From contig CAWDLW010000015.1 of assembly GCA_963803145.1 (NCBI GenBank), positions 256,001 through 320,000 on the forward strand: DNA of 64,000 bases, written 5' to 3'. Made by a program: the position numbers and the translations under genes. Numbering within the stretch: the first letter of the stretch is position 1; the number at the start of each line of letters is the position of its first letter. Source of the stretch: Methanotrichaceae archaeon. Lineage in GTDB: Archaea; Halobacteriota; Methanosarcinia; Methanotrichales; Methanotrichaceae. Below the pieces are notes generated by a model that was not told the origin of the DNA, searched no databases, and saw only the letters and a program-made list of their open reading frames with translations. Positions 41,975-51,297 of this stretch are shown here, piece by piece.

Positions 41975-42331
41975 GTCCCCTTTTATTCAGAAGCTGAAGT
42001 ACATCTTCCGATCCACAGTTTTTTTCTTTTGTCTTGCTTTATAGAAAAGCGGCAAGACTGCCAATATATCCTCTGGATTCATGCTAACCCCCTGGGAGTC
42101 TTTGCTGATACTCCCGTTTGAATATAGCGCTAGGATTGAGGATATTAATATCCTCCTCATTGTTATCAATTTCTTGGATAACTGTAGCAGGCAAAACGGC
42201 ATCTAATGGGCCTTGAATCAGAAGTTCAAGAGGGAGAAAACTTGAAAAAAGTTGAAGAAAAAAGGAGGAAAATATTGCCATAGCATTTATTGCATGACAA
42301 GCTAAGAAATTAAAAATTTTGTTATAGTGCA

Positions 42332-42658
42332 CTAGTCCCCTTTGACTTTAATGGAGTTAATTTCGTGCCCTATAATAGTATACCTTTTTCCTCTTAAAGC
42401 ATCCTCGAGGCCATCAATGATTCTGCGATAATTGTTGGAGCCGACAACTGTATTTATCATGATGCCAGGCTCCGACTGATCTTTTATTGCATTTAGAGCC
42501 ATGTCTGGGTCCTCGCTGAGACGGAAATTCTTCCAGGCATTGGGGGCCATACCCCGATACTCTATTAGATAAAAGCCTGTTATCTCAAGTTCAGACAGCA
42601 TATTTATGACCTTAACAAGGTTGTCATGGTCTACGAAAATCTGGGCCATTATCTTCAT
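42332..42658 (-). CDS. MJ1244-like small methanogen protein
   Basis: IFVD..N..K.IN.LSE..ITGFYLIEYRGM.P..W..F...EDP pattern; start taken at MKIMAQ. Confidence 0.65.
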   Translation of the reverse strand: MKIMAQIFVDHDNLVKVINMLSELEITGFYLIEYRGMAPNAWKNFRLSEDPDMALNAIKDQSEPGIMINTVVGSNNYRRIIDGLEDALRGKRYTIIGHEINSIKVKGD

Positions 42659-43003
42659 GAAATACCCCAAAGCGGTTAATTCTATGGCATATCTTAAATA
42701 GCTTCCCAAGATCAGAAAATATTCTTTTATCCTACATGCATATTGGAGATCGCATGACAGAGGATAGATGGTTGCATCCAGCATCTATCTATTCTGCCTC
42801 TCTTTTCTTTGTGATACTAAAATATATATAACCTGTAGGATAGCGATCTCATTACCTAAGGCTATGTGAGTATATGAATATTATTATAAAAGCATCTTCA
42901 ATCCTCTTACCAAACATCTTTACGCTCTGAAAAGCCAGTAAGAGCGGCAAGAATTCGATAATTTCGGAAAGTATTTCAACACTAAATAACAATATAATGT
43001 GTT

Positions 43004-43213
43004 ATGGCCAAAGAAGAATATAAGCAATTTACCTGTAGTGATATAGGCATGGCATGTGGATTTCAGGTTCGTGCTAAGACTGAGGAGGAGGTCATGGAGC
43101 ATGCGAAGATGCATGCCTCAAAAGCCCATGGCATGAAGGAAATATCTCCGGATTTTGCAAAGAAGATCAAGGCCAGTATTAAATCAGTGCCGGTAGATAT
43201 ACCGAAGACCTAG
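43004..43213 (+). CDS. DUF1059 small metal-binding protein
   Basis: FTCSDIGMACGF..A.TEEEV..H..HA..H. Confidence 0.88.
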   Translation: MAKEEYKQFTCSDIGMACGFQVRAKTEEEVMEHAKMHASKAHGMKEISPDFAKKIKASIKSVPVDIPKT

Positions 43214-43248
43214 GCAGAACCTCTTTAACCTTCCTTTTTTTATTGATG

Positions 43249-43632
43249 TTACCAAATCACTAAGTAGATTTTATCGCCTTCCTTCTTACCTTTCACTAGC
43301 TGACAGTGCCTGAGTATTGCGAACTCATTCTCCAGTTCCCTTGGGCTCAGCTTGAACTCATTTCCTATTTCTTCCCTGGTAGCCGTTCCTTTAGCTTTAA
43401 TGAACTCGTAGATGCCTTTCTGCAGATCAGTAAGGCCATCGGTTCCAGTAAGGCCATGGCTCTCTCTAAAGACCCGCTTTGATCTCTCTCCCCAGGGATC
43501 GCATACTCTGATCCTATGTCCTACTTCGATATAGCAATCCTCGCAGAGAGTCTGGCCTCCTGATGCGAAGACCTCCTCCTCAGGAACATCTTTGCCGCAG
43601 CTTTGGCATTTTATGTAATTGGGCATGCTCAA
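43249..43632 (-). CDS. Conserved hypothetical Zn-finger + winged-helix protein
   Basis: CQSC..CEDCY, CDPW, FAILRHCQL. Confidence 0.75.
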   Translation of the reverse strand: MSMPNYIKCQSCGKDVPEEEVFASGGQTLCEDCYIEVGHRIRVCDPWGERSKRVFRESHGLTGTDGLTDLQKGIYEFIKAKGTATREEIGNEFKLSPRELENEFAILRHCQLVKGKKEGDKIYLVIW

Positions 43633-43638
43633 TCTCTC

Positions 43639-43941
43639 CTAATCCTCAAGAAGCAATGAAGCAGCATTGAATCCAGAACCCATGCGTACTAATCCCGCTA
43701 CTGCAGCGGCTTCAAGGAGTTCATCTCTGCTGGCACCAGCAACTAAAGCGCGTTCTTTGTGCACCTTGACGCAAGTTTCACATTTAACTGCAACGGCACA
43801 CGCCAATGCAATGATGGCTTTATCTTTTGAGGAAAGCGCGCCATCTTTTAGAATCTCTAATGCCAATTTCTTAAAGGCAAGATCTACTTCCTCACCTAAC
43901 GCCTCTGCGAACTTATCTGCTCTGGGTTTTTGTCCTATCAT
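43639..43941 (-). CDS. Carboxymuconolactone decarboxylase/AhpD family protein
   Basis: [25 protein letters not shown]. Confidence 0.88.
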   Translation of the reverse strand: MIGQKPRADKFAEALGEEVDLAFKKLALEILKDGALSSKDKAIIALACAVAVKCETCVKVHKERALVAGASRDELLEAAAVAGLVRMGSGFNAASLLLED

Positions 43942-44050
43942 TTCGAATTACCTCATAAAACTCAGATATCCTTATTTCAAGATACTAATAGCATCACACC
44001 ACGCCATGTTATGTAAGGTTAATAATAGTTGATATGGTTTACTTCTCCCT

Positions 44051-44491
44051 TCACGACCTTTCATGAGGTACTATCAGAACTGGCGCCTTAGAGTATCGAA
44101 CTACTTTTTCTGCTACGCTTCCGAGAAGTGCACTCGTAAGTCCGCTTTTTCCAATGCTACCGATTACCAGCAGGCCAACACCGTGTTCCTGTGATATCCT
44201 GACCAGTTCCGTGCCAGGATCGCCCTCTACTATAACCCCCTCGCAAGAGACTCCCTCGGTCTTGGCTATCTCACTGATATCTTTTATTGCTTTTTCCCCT
44301 TCCTGCTGCAAGCATTTTCGTATTCCATCTGAAAATTCTCCGCAGTTGGATAGATAAGCCAGCCGGATAACATCCGCTACATAGACTCCGATAACCTTGC
44401 TACCGGAGAGTTTCGCAATCTCTATGCCCGAGATTGCTGCATTCAGGCTCGTATCAGATCCATCAGTTGCAACTATTATCTTCTCAAACAT
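44051..44491 (-). CDS. Universal stress protein
   Basis: KIIVATDGS, GDP, IGSIG..LLGSVAEKVVR..PVLIV. Confidence 0.93.
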   Translation of the reverse strand: MFEKIIVATDGSDTSLNAAISGIEIAKLSGSKVIGVYVADVIRLAYLSNCGEFSDGIRKCLQQEGEKAIKDISEIAKTEGVSCEGVIVEGDPGTELVRISQEHGVGLLVIGSIGKSGLTSALLGSVAEKVVRYSKAPVLIVPHERS

Positions 44492-44823
44492 GAAATTGAG
44501 TATGATATATTACAACAGAGTTATATAGGCATATCCATGCAGATATGCTAGATTCTCATTACTCCTATAGCGTCAATCCTTGACTGTTGCTTTCTATTTA
44601 CTTTGTGCCCCTGTCTTTGAAATAGTCTAACAACGATTTGAATTTACAGCAGATCTCTTTTTGAAAGGCTTGTAGTCTGAAAACTTCTGCATCGTCGGAA
44701 AGACTAGAGAGCAGCCTGCCAGCATCGCCCTATGTGGTAAATGCGGGCTGATCCACTATGAGAAAATAGATAAAATCAAAGAGTTCTAGCTTAGTCGCTT
44801 CTGATTTCAACTTTTTGGGATTA

Positions 44824-46029
44824 TCATTTTATCGATGTTTCCGCACTGAACAAGCGTAAAGACTTATCGTAAACATCTTCCGTCCTCTCAGCAATCTTAT
44901 CCCATCTGAACTCTGCTTCGACCCTTTGTTGTCCAGCCTTGCCTAGCTTATTCATCTCTGAAGGATTATCTAAAAGTCGGTTTATGCACCACGCGATAGA
45001 TTCGGGCTGAATATAAGCCAACAGACCATCTTCGAAGTTCCTTATAATGCTGATCGCCTCGGTTGCTACAACAGGTTTGCCCGCATCCCAAGCCTCTAAG
45101 ATTATGACCCCAAAAGGCTCGTTCCTGCTGGGGACGCAGACAAGATCGCATGCGCTTATCAACGTCTCTTTCTGTGGACCTGGCACGTATCCCAAAAACT
45201 TGCATGCCTCTTGTATACCGATGCTTCTGGCCCGATGCTCACATTCGGCCTTCATATCGCCTTCGCCCATGAAGATGAAATTTGCATTATTATGTTTGCG
45301 AAGCACTAGTGGTATAGCTTCAACTAGGAGATCGGGGCCCTTCTGGTAGCTTATCCTTCCGCAAAAGAGCACTAATGGATCAAGCGGATCTATGCTATAC
45401 TTCTTCTTAACCATTCCAGGATCTGGATATCTATTCGCCTCTTTTCTCGCGATGCCATTTGGTATAATGTTTATCTTGCTTTCAGGAATAGAGTAGATCT
45501 TCTGAATCTCATCCAGCATCTGCTTTGTAGTAACGATAATCTGCGATGATTCATAACCTCCAAGCCATTCCCTGTGAGAGATCTCCTTAGACGCGCTCGA
45601 ATTGCCAAAGTTATTGCCGTTTCTACCCCAATCGGTGCTATGTATGGTAAATGCATAAGGAATGTTATGCTCGAACTTTATGCGATTGGCTGCTAACACT
45701 GGGTGCCAGTCGTGAGCGTGGATTACATCGAATCTGCCAAAGATCTTCTGAACTCTTTCAAAGCGATCAAAGATGGCCTCGCACATCCCGTTCATTTGGG
45801 ATATGACATCTCCTGTGCTATCCGAATCAACTCTCTGGTAGTGAACCTCATTTATCTTATCATAAGCATCAAAGTCGCCATTGCGGGTAAATACGTGTAC
45901 CTCATGGCCCTTGCTGGCTAGCGCCTCAGAAAGTTGAGATACATGGGGCGCTATGCCGCCCACTTTTATAGAGTACAGACTCTCCCAGGAGAGCATTCCT
46001 ATGCGCATCTCTTCACCTGCTAATTCCAC
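44824..46029 (-). CDS. Glycosyltransferase family 4 (glycogen synthase-like)
   Basis: GMLSWE..KVGG, HAHDW, GRISYQKG, PSRNEPFG. Confidence 0.9.
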   Translation of the reverse strand: MELAGEEMRIGMLSWESLYSIKVGGIAPHVSQLSEALASKGHEVHVFTRNGDFDAYDKINEVHYQRVDSDSTGDVISQMNGMCEAIFDRFERVQKIFGRFDVIHAHDWHPVLAANRIKFEHNIPYAFTIHSTDWGRNGNNFGNSSASKEISHREWLGGYESSQIIVTTKQMLDEIQKIYSIPESKINIIPNGIARKEANRYPDPGMVKKKYSIDPLDPLVLFCGRISYQKGPDLLVEAIPLVLRKHNNANFIFMGEGDMKAECEHRARSIGIQEACKFLGYVPGPQKETLISACDLVCVPSRNEPFGVIILEAWDAGKPVVATEAISIIRNFEDGLLAYIQPESIAWCINRLLDNPSEMNKLGKAGQQRVEAEFRWDKIAERTEDVYDKSLRLFSAETSIK

Positions 46030-46130
46030 TCAGCGTTTATTATGTCATTTACGTCTATTTAAGGCATCTATGAAAATTCATGTTAAATCGAAAAGGATCC
46101 CCTAAATGGTACATGCGTTTTGGATTGCTA

Positions 46131-46156
46131 AAAAAAGAGAAAATTGGGTGTAGGCC
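46131..46156 (-). terminator. Oligo-T terminator of mcr operon
   Basis: Minus strand ...CCCAATTTTCTCTTTTTT directly after mcrA stop. Confidence 0.6.
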
Positions 46157-46163
46157 TTGCGGC

Positions 46164-47876
46164 TTACACTGCTGGCATGACCAGGGATCTCTCGCCTGCA
46201 GCGCGGAACTCGCGTGCACCGCCCTTGCCGAAGCCACCGCGGACATCGTCCCAGGTAAATACCATTCCTGGGTTGGCGAATGTTACCTTGATCAATGGGT
46301 TGATGGCGAACGCATCCATGCGGCCAGCGTGAGCAGCAGATGATATGCCTGCATACTCGCCCTGGTGGCCCACGTTCATCGCGTAGTTCGGATAGTTGGC
46401 GCCCCTCAGCTCCAGTGGGTTGCCCTCGTCGGACTGATAGGAGAACACGTTTGTTGGACCGCACTGATCCTGCAGGTCGTATCCGAAGAAGCCCAGTCTG
46501 CCCCAGCCTTCCTTGTGCAGGAGCATGCTGAGATACCAGGCAGCGAGTCCAACCTGGCTGTGTCCGGAGGCGATTGCGCCAGTGATACCGGAGGCAGCGG
46601 CCAGGACGGAAGCCCTCTGGGATCCGCCGAAGTGATCCTCGAGCAGTGTCGGATATGACTCATACTGCTCCATGCCGTAGAGAGTGACCTCAGTGCCCAG
46701 CTCCTTGGCTATATCCAGGGTCTTGGGTGCCTTGGCGAATCCGCCGAACTTATCGTTGGCGAAGTCTACGCCGTAGTAGCAGAAGTCGTCCAGGACGTCA
46801 TTGGTGTAGGCTGCTGTTGCGTACTGTGTGAATCCGACACCGCCGGACATGTAGCTTCCGAGCCATATCTGGTCATAGAGCATAGCGCCAGCGGCGACTA
46901 CGTTCAGGGAGACCTTGACTGGGTCCTGTGGGTTTGTCCTGGATGTCTGGACCATGTCTGCCAGGAATCCGAAGGATATACCGCCGGGGTTGTTGGGTCC
47001 GCGGGCCCTTCTGGCGGGCAGCATCTCTGACATCTGCAGAACTGCAGCGTGCTTGGCAGCGAATGCCAGGTCAGCTACAGCGGCCTCACCGGCGCACATG
47101 TTGTATGCATCGATGAAGGTCATGCCGAGCTGCATGGCGCTCCACCTTGATGTGGTGCCGCCGTCGCAGGATCTGACTACGATAGTTGGGATGTGGATTG
47201 CCTGCCATGTGGTCTTGCCGATGGCTGCCTTGAGCGCCTCTGCCTGATCGGCTGGGAATGCCTTGTTGATGTTGATTACATACTGAGAATCGATCTCATC
47301 AGCCAGGGCATCGTCGCCTGTGAATACACGGACGTTGCAGTCATCTACCAGGCCGGGGTGAGTCTCGCACATGTGCTCCTGAACCACGGCTGCGCCGGGC
47401 ATGGCGTGGTTGAGGATCTCGAGATAGTTGTTGATGGTCTCGGGTGTGACCTCTTTGCCGAGCCTCTTCTCCAGAACCTCGTGGGCCAGATCCAGGCCTA
47501 CGATTATGGTCCTGCGAACATCGTCCCACATCTGCTGCATTGCAGGGTTGTTGACGAAGTGCAGGTCATCGCCCTCTACTACATACTCAGTTCCTGAGAG
47601 CTTGTAGGGGACGAGCTGCCTCTGACCCAGGGGTATTCCGCCTGCGTGTACATAGGGATTATAGAATGAGACGCCACGCTTGCCCTCAAGCTTCTTGGAG
47701 AACTCCATGAACTCTCTCTTACGGGGGCTCTGATCGGGGCCGAGCCTCAGGTATCCGGTCTTCTGGTCCTGGAGGTTCTCTTCCATTATCCCTGCAGTAG
47801 CGAGCAGCTTCTTCTCGGCTGCAAACTTCTTATCGAGAGCCTTTATGAATAGCTTCTTGCTGTGTAACTTTGCCAT
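46164..47876 (-). CDS. mcrA: Methyl-coenzyme M reductase alpha subunit
   Basis: [55 protein letters not shown]; canonical methane-type active site. Confidence 0.99.
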   Translation of the reverse strand: MAKLHSKKLFIKALDKKFAAEKKLLATAGIMEENLQDQKTGYLRLGPDQSPRKREFMEFSKKLEGKRGVSFYNPYVHAGGIPLGQRQLVPYKLSGTEYVVEGDDLHFVNNPAMQQMWDDVRRTIIVGLDLAHEVLEKRLGKEVTPETINNYLEILNHAMPGAAVVQEHMCETHPGLVDDCNVRVFTGDDALADEIDSQYVININKAFPADQAEALKAAIGKTTWQAIHIPTIVVRSCDGGTTSRWSAMQLGMTFIDAYNMCAGEAAVADLAFAAKHAAVLQMSEMLPARRARGPNNPGGISFGFLADMVQTSRTNPQDPVKVSLNVVAAGAMLYDQIWLGSYMSGGVGFTQYATAAYTNDVLDDFCYYGVDFANDKFGGFAKAPKTLDIAKELGTEVTLYGMEQYESYPTLLEDHFGGSQRASVLAAASGITGAIASGHSQVGLAAWYLSMLLHKEGWGRLGFFGYDLQDQCGPTNVFSYQSDEGNPLELRGANYPNYAMNVGHQGEYAGISSAAHAGRMDAFAINPLIKVTFANPGMVFTWDDVRGGFGKGGAREFRAAGERSLVMPAV

Positions 47877-47893
47877 TTTATATCACCCACCTT

Positions 47894-48649
47894 TTACTCT
47901 GGCCTGAATCCCCACTTGCTGCGCAGCTCCCACATATGATGTAGGGCGGTGATGGTTTCACCGTTCTGCTCTTTTCTGAGGTTGACGCCGTCAACTCTGA
48001 ATATGGTGGTTCTCTTCTTGGCCTCAGACTCGCTCATGGGCTTGCCAATATTGATCTTTCTGTCCAGTGGGATTCCGACCTGGTCCTTGACCTGGTAGAC
48101 GTTTCCGTCCTTGCCCATCTCAGTCCTGGCCAGCATATCGAACATCATGCCGTTCTCTTCCAACCTCAGGGAGTGGCCATGCACAGTGCAGCCTCTCATG
48201 GAAGAGAGAGCGACATCAGTCATCTCGCTGTCCAGCTGCTTCTTGGTGTATGCCTCGATATCCCTCTCCCTGGCCTCGATGATCTGTCTTCCGGACAGAG
48301 TGCCTGGGTCGCATCCCTTGCAGTTGATGGCTCCCCAATAGGATCTCCAGTAGGGGATTGAGGGTGCGAAGTAGTATGAATCGGCAAACTGGGAGTACCT
48401 TACACGGTCACCAGCTGCTGCACCGGGTGTTGGGGTTACGATCTGTCTTACTGGGCAGTCGGGCTCGCCCATCTCCTTGAGTGGTGGATGGGTGCTTGGA
48501 TAATCGGCACCTGGCGCCCTGTGGCCCATTGTTGTTACTACATCAGCCTCGGGAATATCTCTGAGCTTCTCGAGGTTGCCGGACATGTGCTTCCTCCTGT
48601 TAATGCCAACAGAGGTGCTTCCGGGATAATATTGTGGTGTGTATGCCAT
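47894..48649 (-). CDS. mcrG: Methyl-coenzyme M reductase gamma subunit
   Basis: PQYYPG, GHRAPG, DPGTLSGRQ, TVHGHSLRL. Confidence 0.98.
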   Translation of the reverse strand: MAYTPQYYPGSTSVGINRRKHMSGNLEKLRDIPEADVVTTMGHRAPGADYPSTHPPLKEMGEPDCPVRQIVTPTPGAAAGDRVRYSQFADSYYFAPSIPYWRSYWGAINCKGCDPGTLSGRQIIEARERDIEAYTKKQLDSEMTDVALSSMRGCTVHGHSLRLEENGMMFDMLARTEMGKDGNVYQVKDQVGIPLDRKINIGKPMSESEAKKRTTIFRVDGVNLRKEQNGETITALHHMWELRSKWGFRPE

Positions 48650-48652
48650 ATT

Positions 48653-49174
48653 TTATCTCTCCTCATCATTGTCGTCAATAGTCACATGTTCTTCAGACAG
48701 AATTGAAAGCCTATCCTTCTTAGCCTTCGGATCGGTCAGCCCTAAAATCCTCTTGTCTTCGACTTTGCTTCCGTACTTGGCATAGTCGGAGACTGTCAGC
48801 CGGTCATGGAAGAATTTGCCTATTTTGATCTGGCAGGAGAATGGCAGCGCTCGCTCACACGCCGCCTTTAAACCCTCTAGGTATTCCTCGCTCTCCAGCT
48901 CGAGCCTTATTCTTCCTACCTTTACTTTCAGCTCAAATGCCTGATCTCCGATCTGGATGAGGATGTCTCTGTTCTCCTCTATGGGAGAACCCTTGCCCGG
49001 GCCGTAGGGAACCGACCTGGGCATATTGGGACCATGTATAGTGATCCTCAAGACACCCCCATTCTTATAGATCTCGTTGAGAAGGCGCTGAGCCGATTCA
49101 GGCATCAAGAACCTGCTGGGGAATATCTCAACCTGGACTGATTTCGTGTCTGATTCAGTGACCATGTCCGTCAA
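48653..49174 (-). CDS. mcrD: Methyl-coenzyme M reductase operon protein D
   Basis: VEIFPSRFL, HGP..P..VPYGP, TVSDYAKYG; between mcrB and mcrG. Confidence 0.95.
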   Translation of the reverse strand: MTDMVTESDTKSVQVEIFPSRFLMPESAQRLLNEIYKNGGVLRITIHGPNMPRSVPYGPGKGSPIEENRDILIQIGDQAFELKVKVGRIRLELESEEYLEGLKAACERALPFSCQIKIGKFFHDRLTVSDYAKYGSKVEDKRILGLTDPKAKKDRLSILSEEHVTIDDNDEER

Positions 49175-49177
49175 GTC

Positions 49178-50482
49178 TTATACAGCCTCCGCAACCGATA
49201 CGATCGGCTCACGGAACTCCTTAATCTCACCGTATATGGCACCGACCAGTCCAGATGTCATCTCAGGTGTAAACATCTGGGTTCCGGCGTCAAGAGCTAC
49301 TGCAGCAGCCACACAGGGGATAGCAAATCCTCTGGAGTGCCTTGTTACAACGTGGTTGCCGTTGAAGACTCCGGGCCCGCCGCCGCCATAGATGGAGTGG
49401 CTGAAGAACGAGAATCCGACAGCAGTACCCATGACCCTTCCGAAGTCGCATCCGGGCAGGGCTGTCTCCTTCTCAATTAGATCGTTGAAGTACAGCAGTG
49501 TCGAGGACACAGCCTGGGCACCCCTCAGGGAGCCGCAGTTGACCATTGTGGCAGCCAGTACGCCAGCGGCGCAGTAGGCGTTCCACTTGGATACATCGTT
49601 GGCCTCATACATGACATATCCCGATGGGAGCTTCTTTCCGGCCTTGATGACCTTGTCCTCAATGGCCTTGCCGACTGTGCTCTGAACGACTGTGCCTATT
49701 GTTCCGGTCTTGCCGTTGGCCTTGACGCACTCATAGACCATGTTATCGGCGTTCAGGCCCTGGTATGCCATGCCCAGGAGCTGGTGCCTCTCGAATATTC
49801 CAAAGGCATTGCCCATCTCGAACTCGCCGATCTGCTCATATATTGAGGCTAGAGCGGCTGCATTCATGGCGTTCCTCTTTGTGATTGCTGCAAGGTGGTT
49901 TGCCATGACGTTCCTTAGAGCGAAGCCCAGACCCTCGTCGTTCTGGGGGATGTTGAGAACAGATGCGACGTTTCCGCCGGCCATTCCTACTGTCTGTGGA
50001 TACTCGCCCCAGACTGAAGCATGTACCATTGGTGCATCGATCATGTTTGTCTTGAACTGCGAAACGATTGCCTCGACTGTGGCTGCGGCTGCACCGGTTA
50101 ATCCTACGACGAACTCAGAGGCTGCATTCACACGGGCAGTTGGGACCTGGACGAGCAGCTGCTTTCCGCCACCAAGTACTCGGACGGCGGTGTCGTCGCC
50201 TGAAGAAACCTGCAAAAGCCCCTTTATCTTTTCTGCGAGAACATTAGCGTTCGCAACTACATCATAATTAAGCTCACGACCCTTGATCTGCCTGCGTCCT
50301 CCTGCTACCTTTCCCGTCTTCAGGGCGCCTTCAATCCCAGCCAGATTGACTGCGACTGTTCGCTTAGTAAGGGAAATGAGTCTCTGCATGGCAGCGTTCT
50401 TAAGTGGGCTGACGGCGCTTAGATCGACGTCGCTCTTTATAAGAACTCCGCGGTCGCTATATAGGTCTATCTTGTCAGACAC
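49178..50482 (-). CDS. mcrB: Methyl-coenzyme M reductase beta subunit
   Basis: SDKIDLY, WGEYPQ, FSFFSHSIYGGGGPG, NHVVTRHS; GTG start with AAGGAGG SD. Confidence 0.99.
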   Translation of the reverse strand: MSDKIDLYSDRGVLIKSDVDLSAVSPLKNAAMQRLISLTKRTVAVNLAGIEGALKTGKVAGGRRQIKGRELNYDVVANANVLAEKIKGLLQVSSGDDTAVRVLGGGKQLLVQVPTARVNAASEFVVGLTGAAAATVEAIVSQFKTNMIDAPMVHASVWGEYPQTVGMAGGNVASVLNIPQNDEGLGFALRNVMANHLAAITKRNAMNAAALASIYEQIGEFEMGNAFGIFERHQLLGMAYQGLNADNMVYECVKANGKTGTIGTVVQSTVGKAIEDKVIKAGKKLPSGYVMYEANDVSKWNAYCAAGVLAATMVNCGSLRGAQAVSSTLLYFNDLIEKETALPGCDFGRVMGTAVGFSFFSHSIYGGGGPGVFNGNHVVTRHSRGFAIPCVAAAVALDAGTQMFTPEMTSGLVGAIYGEIKEFREPIVSVAEAV

Positions 50483-50633
50483 GTTCTTTATCCTCCTTTA
50501 CCTTTTTAGCTGAAGAAATGTAACTACGTCATATGCCGAAGCGACGATAAGAAAGACTCCGCTAGGGAATATCTTATCCAGCATATTCACAGTCCGTTAC
50601 AGTCTCCTGCCGCGTTCTTTACTGTCTCATAGC

Positions 50634-50650
50634 TACTTAAACTTTTTGCG
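50634..50650 (-). promoter_or_regulatory. Putative BRE/TATA of mcr operon
   Basis: CGCAAAAAG-TTTAAGTA on minus strand, ~150 nt upstream of mcrB, followed upstream by ~600 bp AT-rich intergenic DNA. Confidence 0.55.
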
Positions 50651-51297
50651 TGATTAAATTATAACAATCAAAATTATATCAATCTGTACTCATTGTGAGG
50701 ATTTTATAGGGCGAATTTTTAATATAAACTTTATTGTAACAAATGCTCATAATATCGCTATCTGTCGGCACCTTGGTTTTAATATAGTAATGCGATCTGG
50801 AAACGTTAATACGATTTTATTAAATAATATGTTGACGGATAAGGATCTTTTAAAAAAGGAGTTTTATTGCAGGAAGTTGATAGAATGAAATGTCCTTAAA
50901 AAAAAGTTTGTTATCATGTCGATATTGTCTAATCAAACAGAGTTTTAGGCCGAATGTACAAAACCTGCTACCATGCATGATTTCAGTATTGTATCAAGAA
51001 ATATCACAATTAAAAATTGTTGATTAATCATGTTGATTGCCTGTTTTATAAAACCAATCGAATAGCTAGAATATTTTATATCCTCGTATGTGCTATTAAG
51101 TATGTATGCGCGATGAAATATCCTTGGCTGCCAGTGATAGACACCTAAATCGACCTGAAATCACTCTGAACTCAAGAGCACTTCTTTCCCTAATTGGCTA
51201 TTAAGATTAAAATATAGAATGCTGAAGATATGAAACGCTGCCGCCTACGCATGTTTTCCGAAAAACTTATATCGACCATAAGAGTTGGCTGAGAAGA

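Noticed and set aside
44600-44790. Cys-containing fragment (..ALCGKCGLIHYEK..) between USP and glycosyltransferase
   Set aside because: No clear start, in-frame stop upstream, too short to assign
46164-47876. Alkyl-CoM reductase or otherwise divergent MCR
   Set aside because: Active-site and modification motifs ([30 protein letters not shown]) are canonical methane-type
46164-50482. Absence of mcrC as a novelty
   Set aside because: mcrBDGA with mcrC elsewhere is already known in several methanogen lineages
46080-50513. Long antisense/overlapping ORFs over the mcr genes (also over smc, the permease and IS481)
   Set aside because: Shadow frames caused by codon bias of real genes; no motifs
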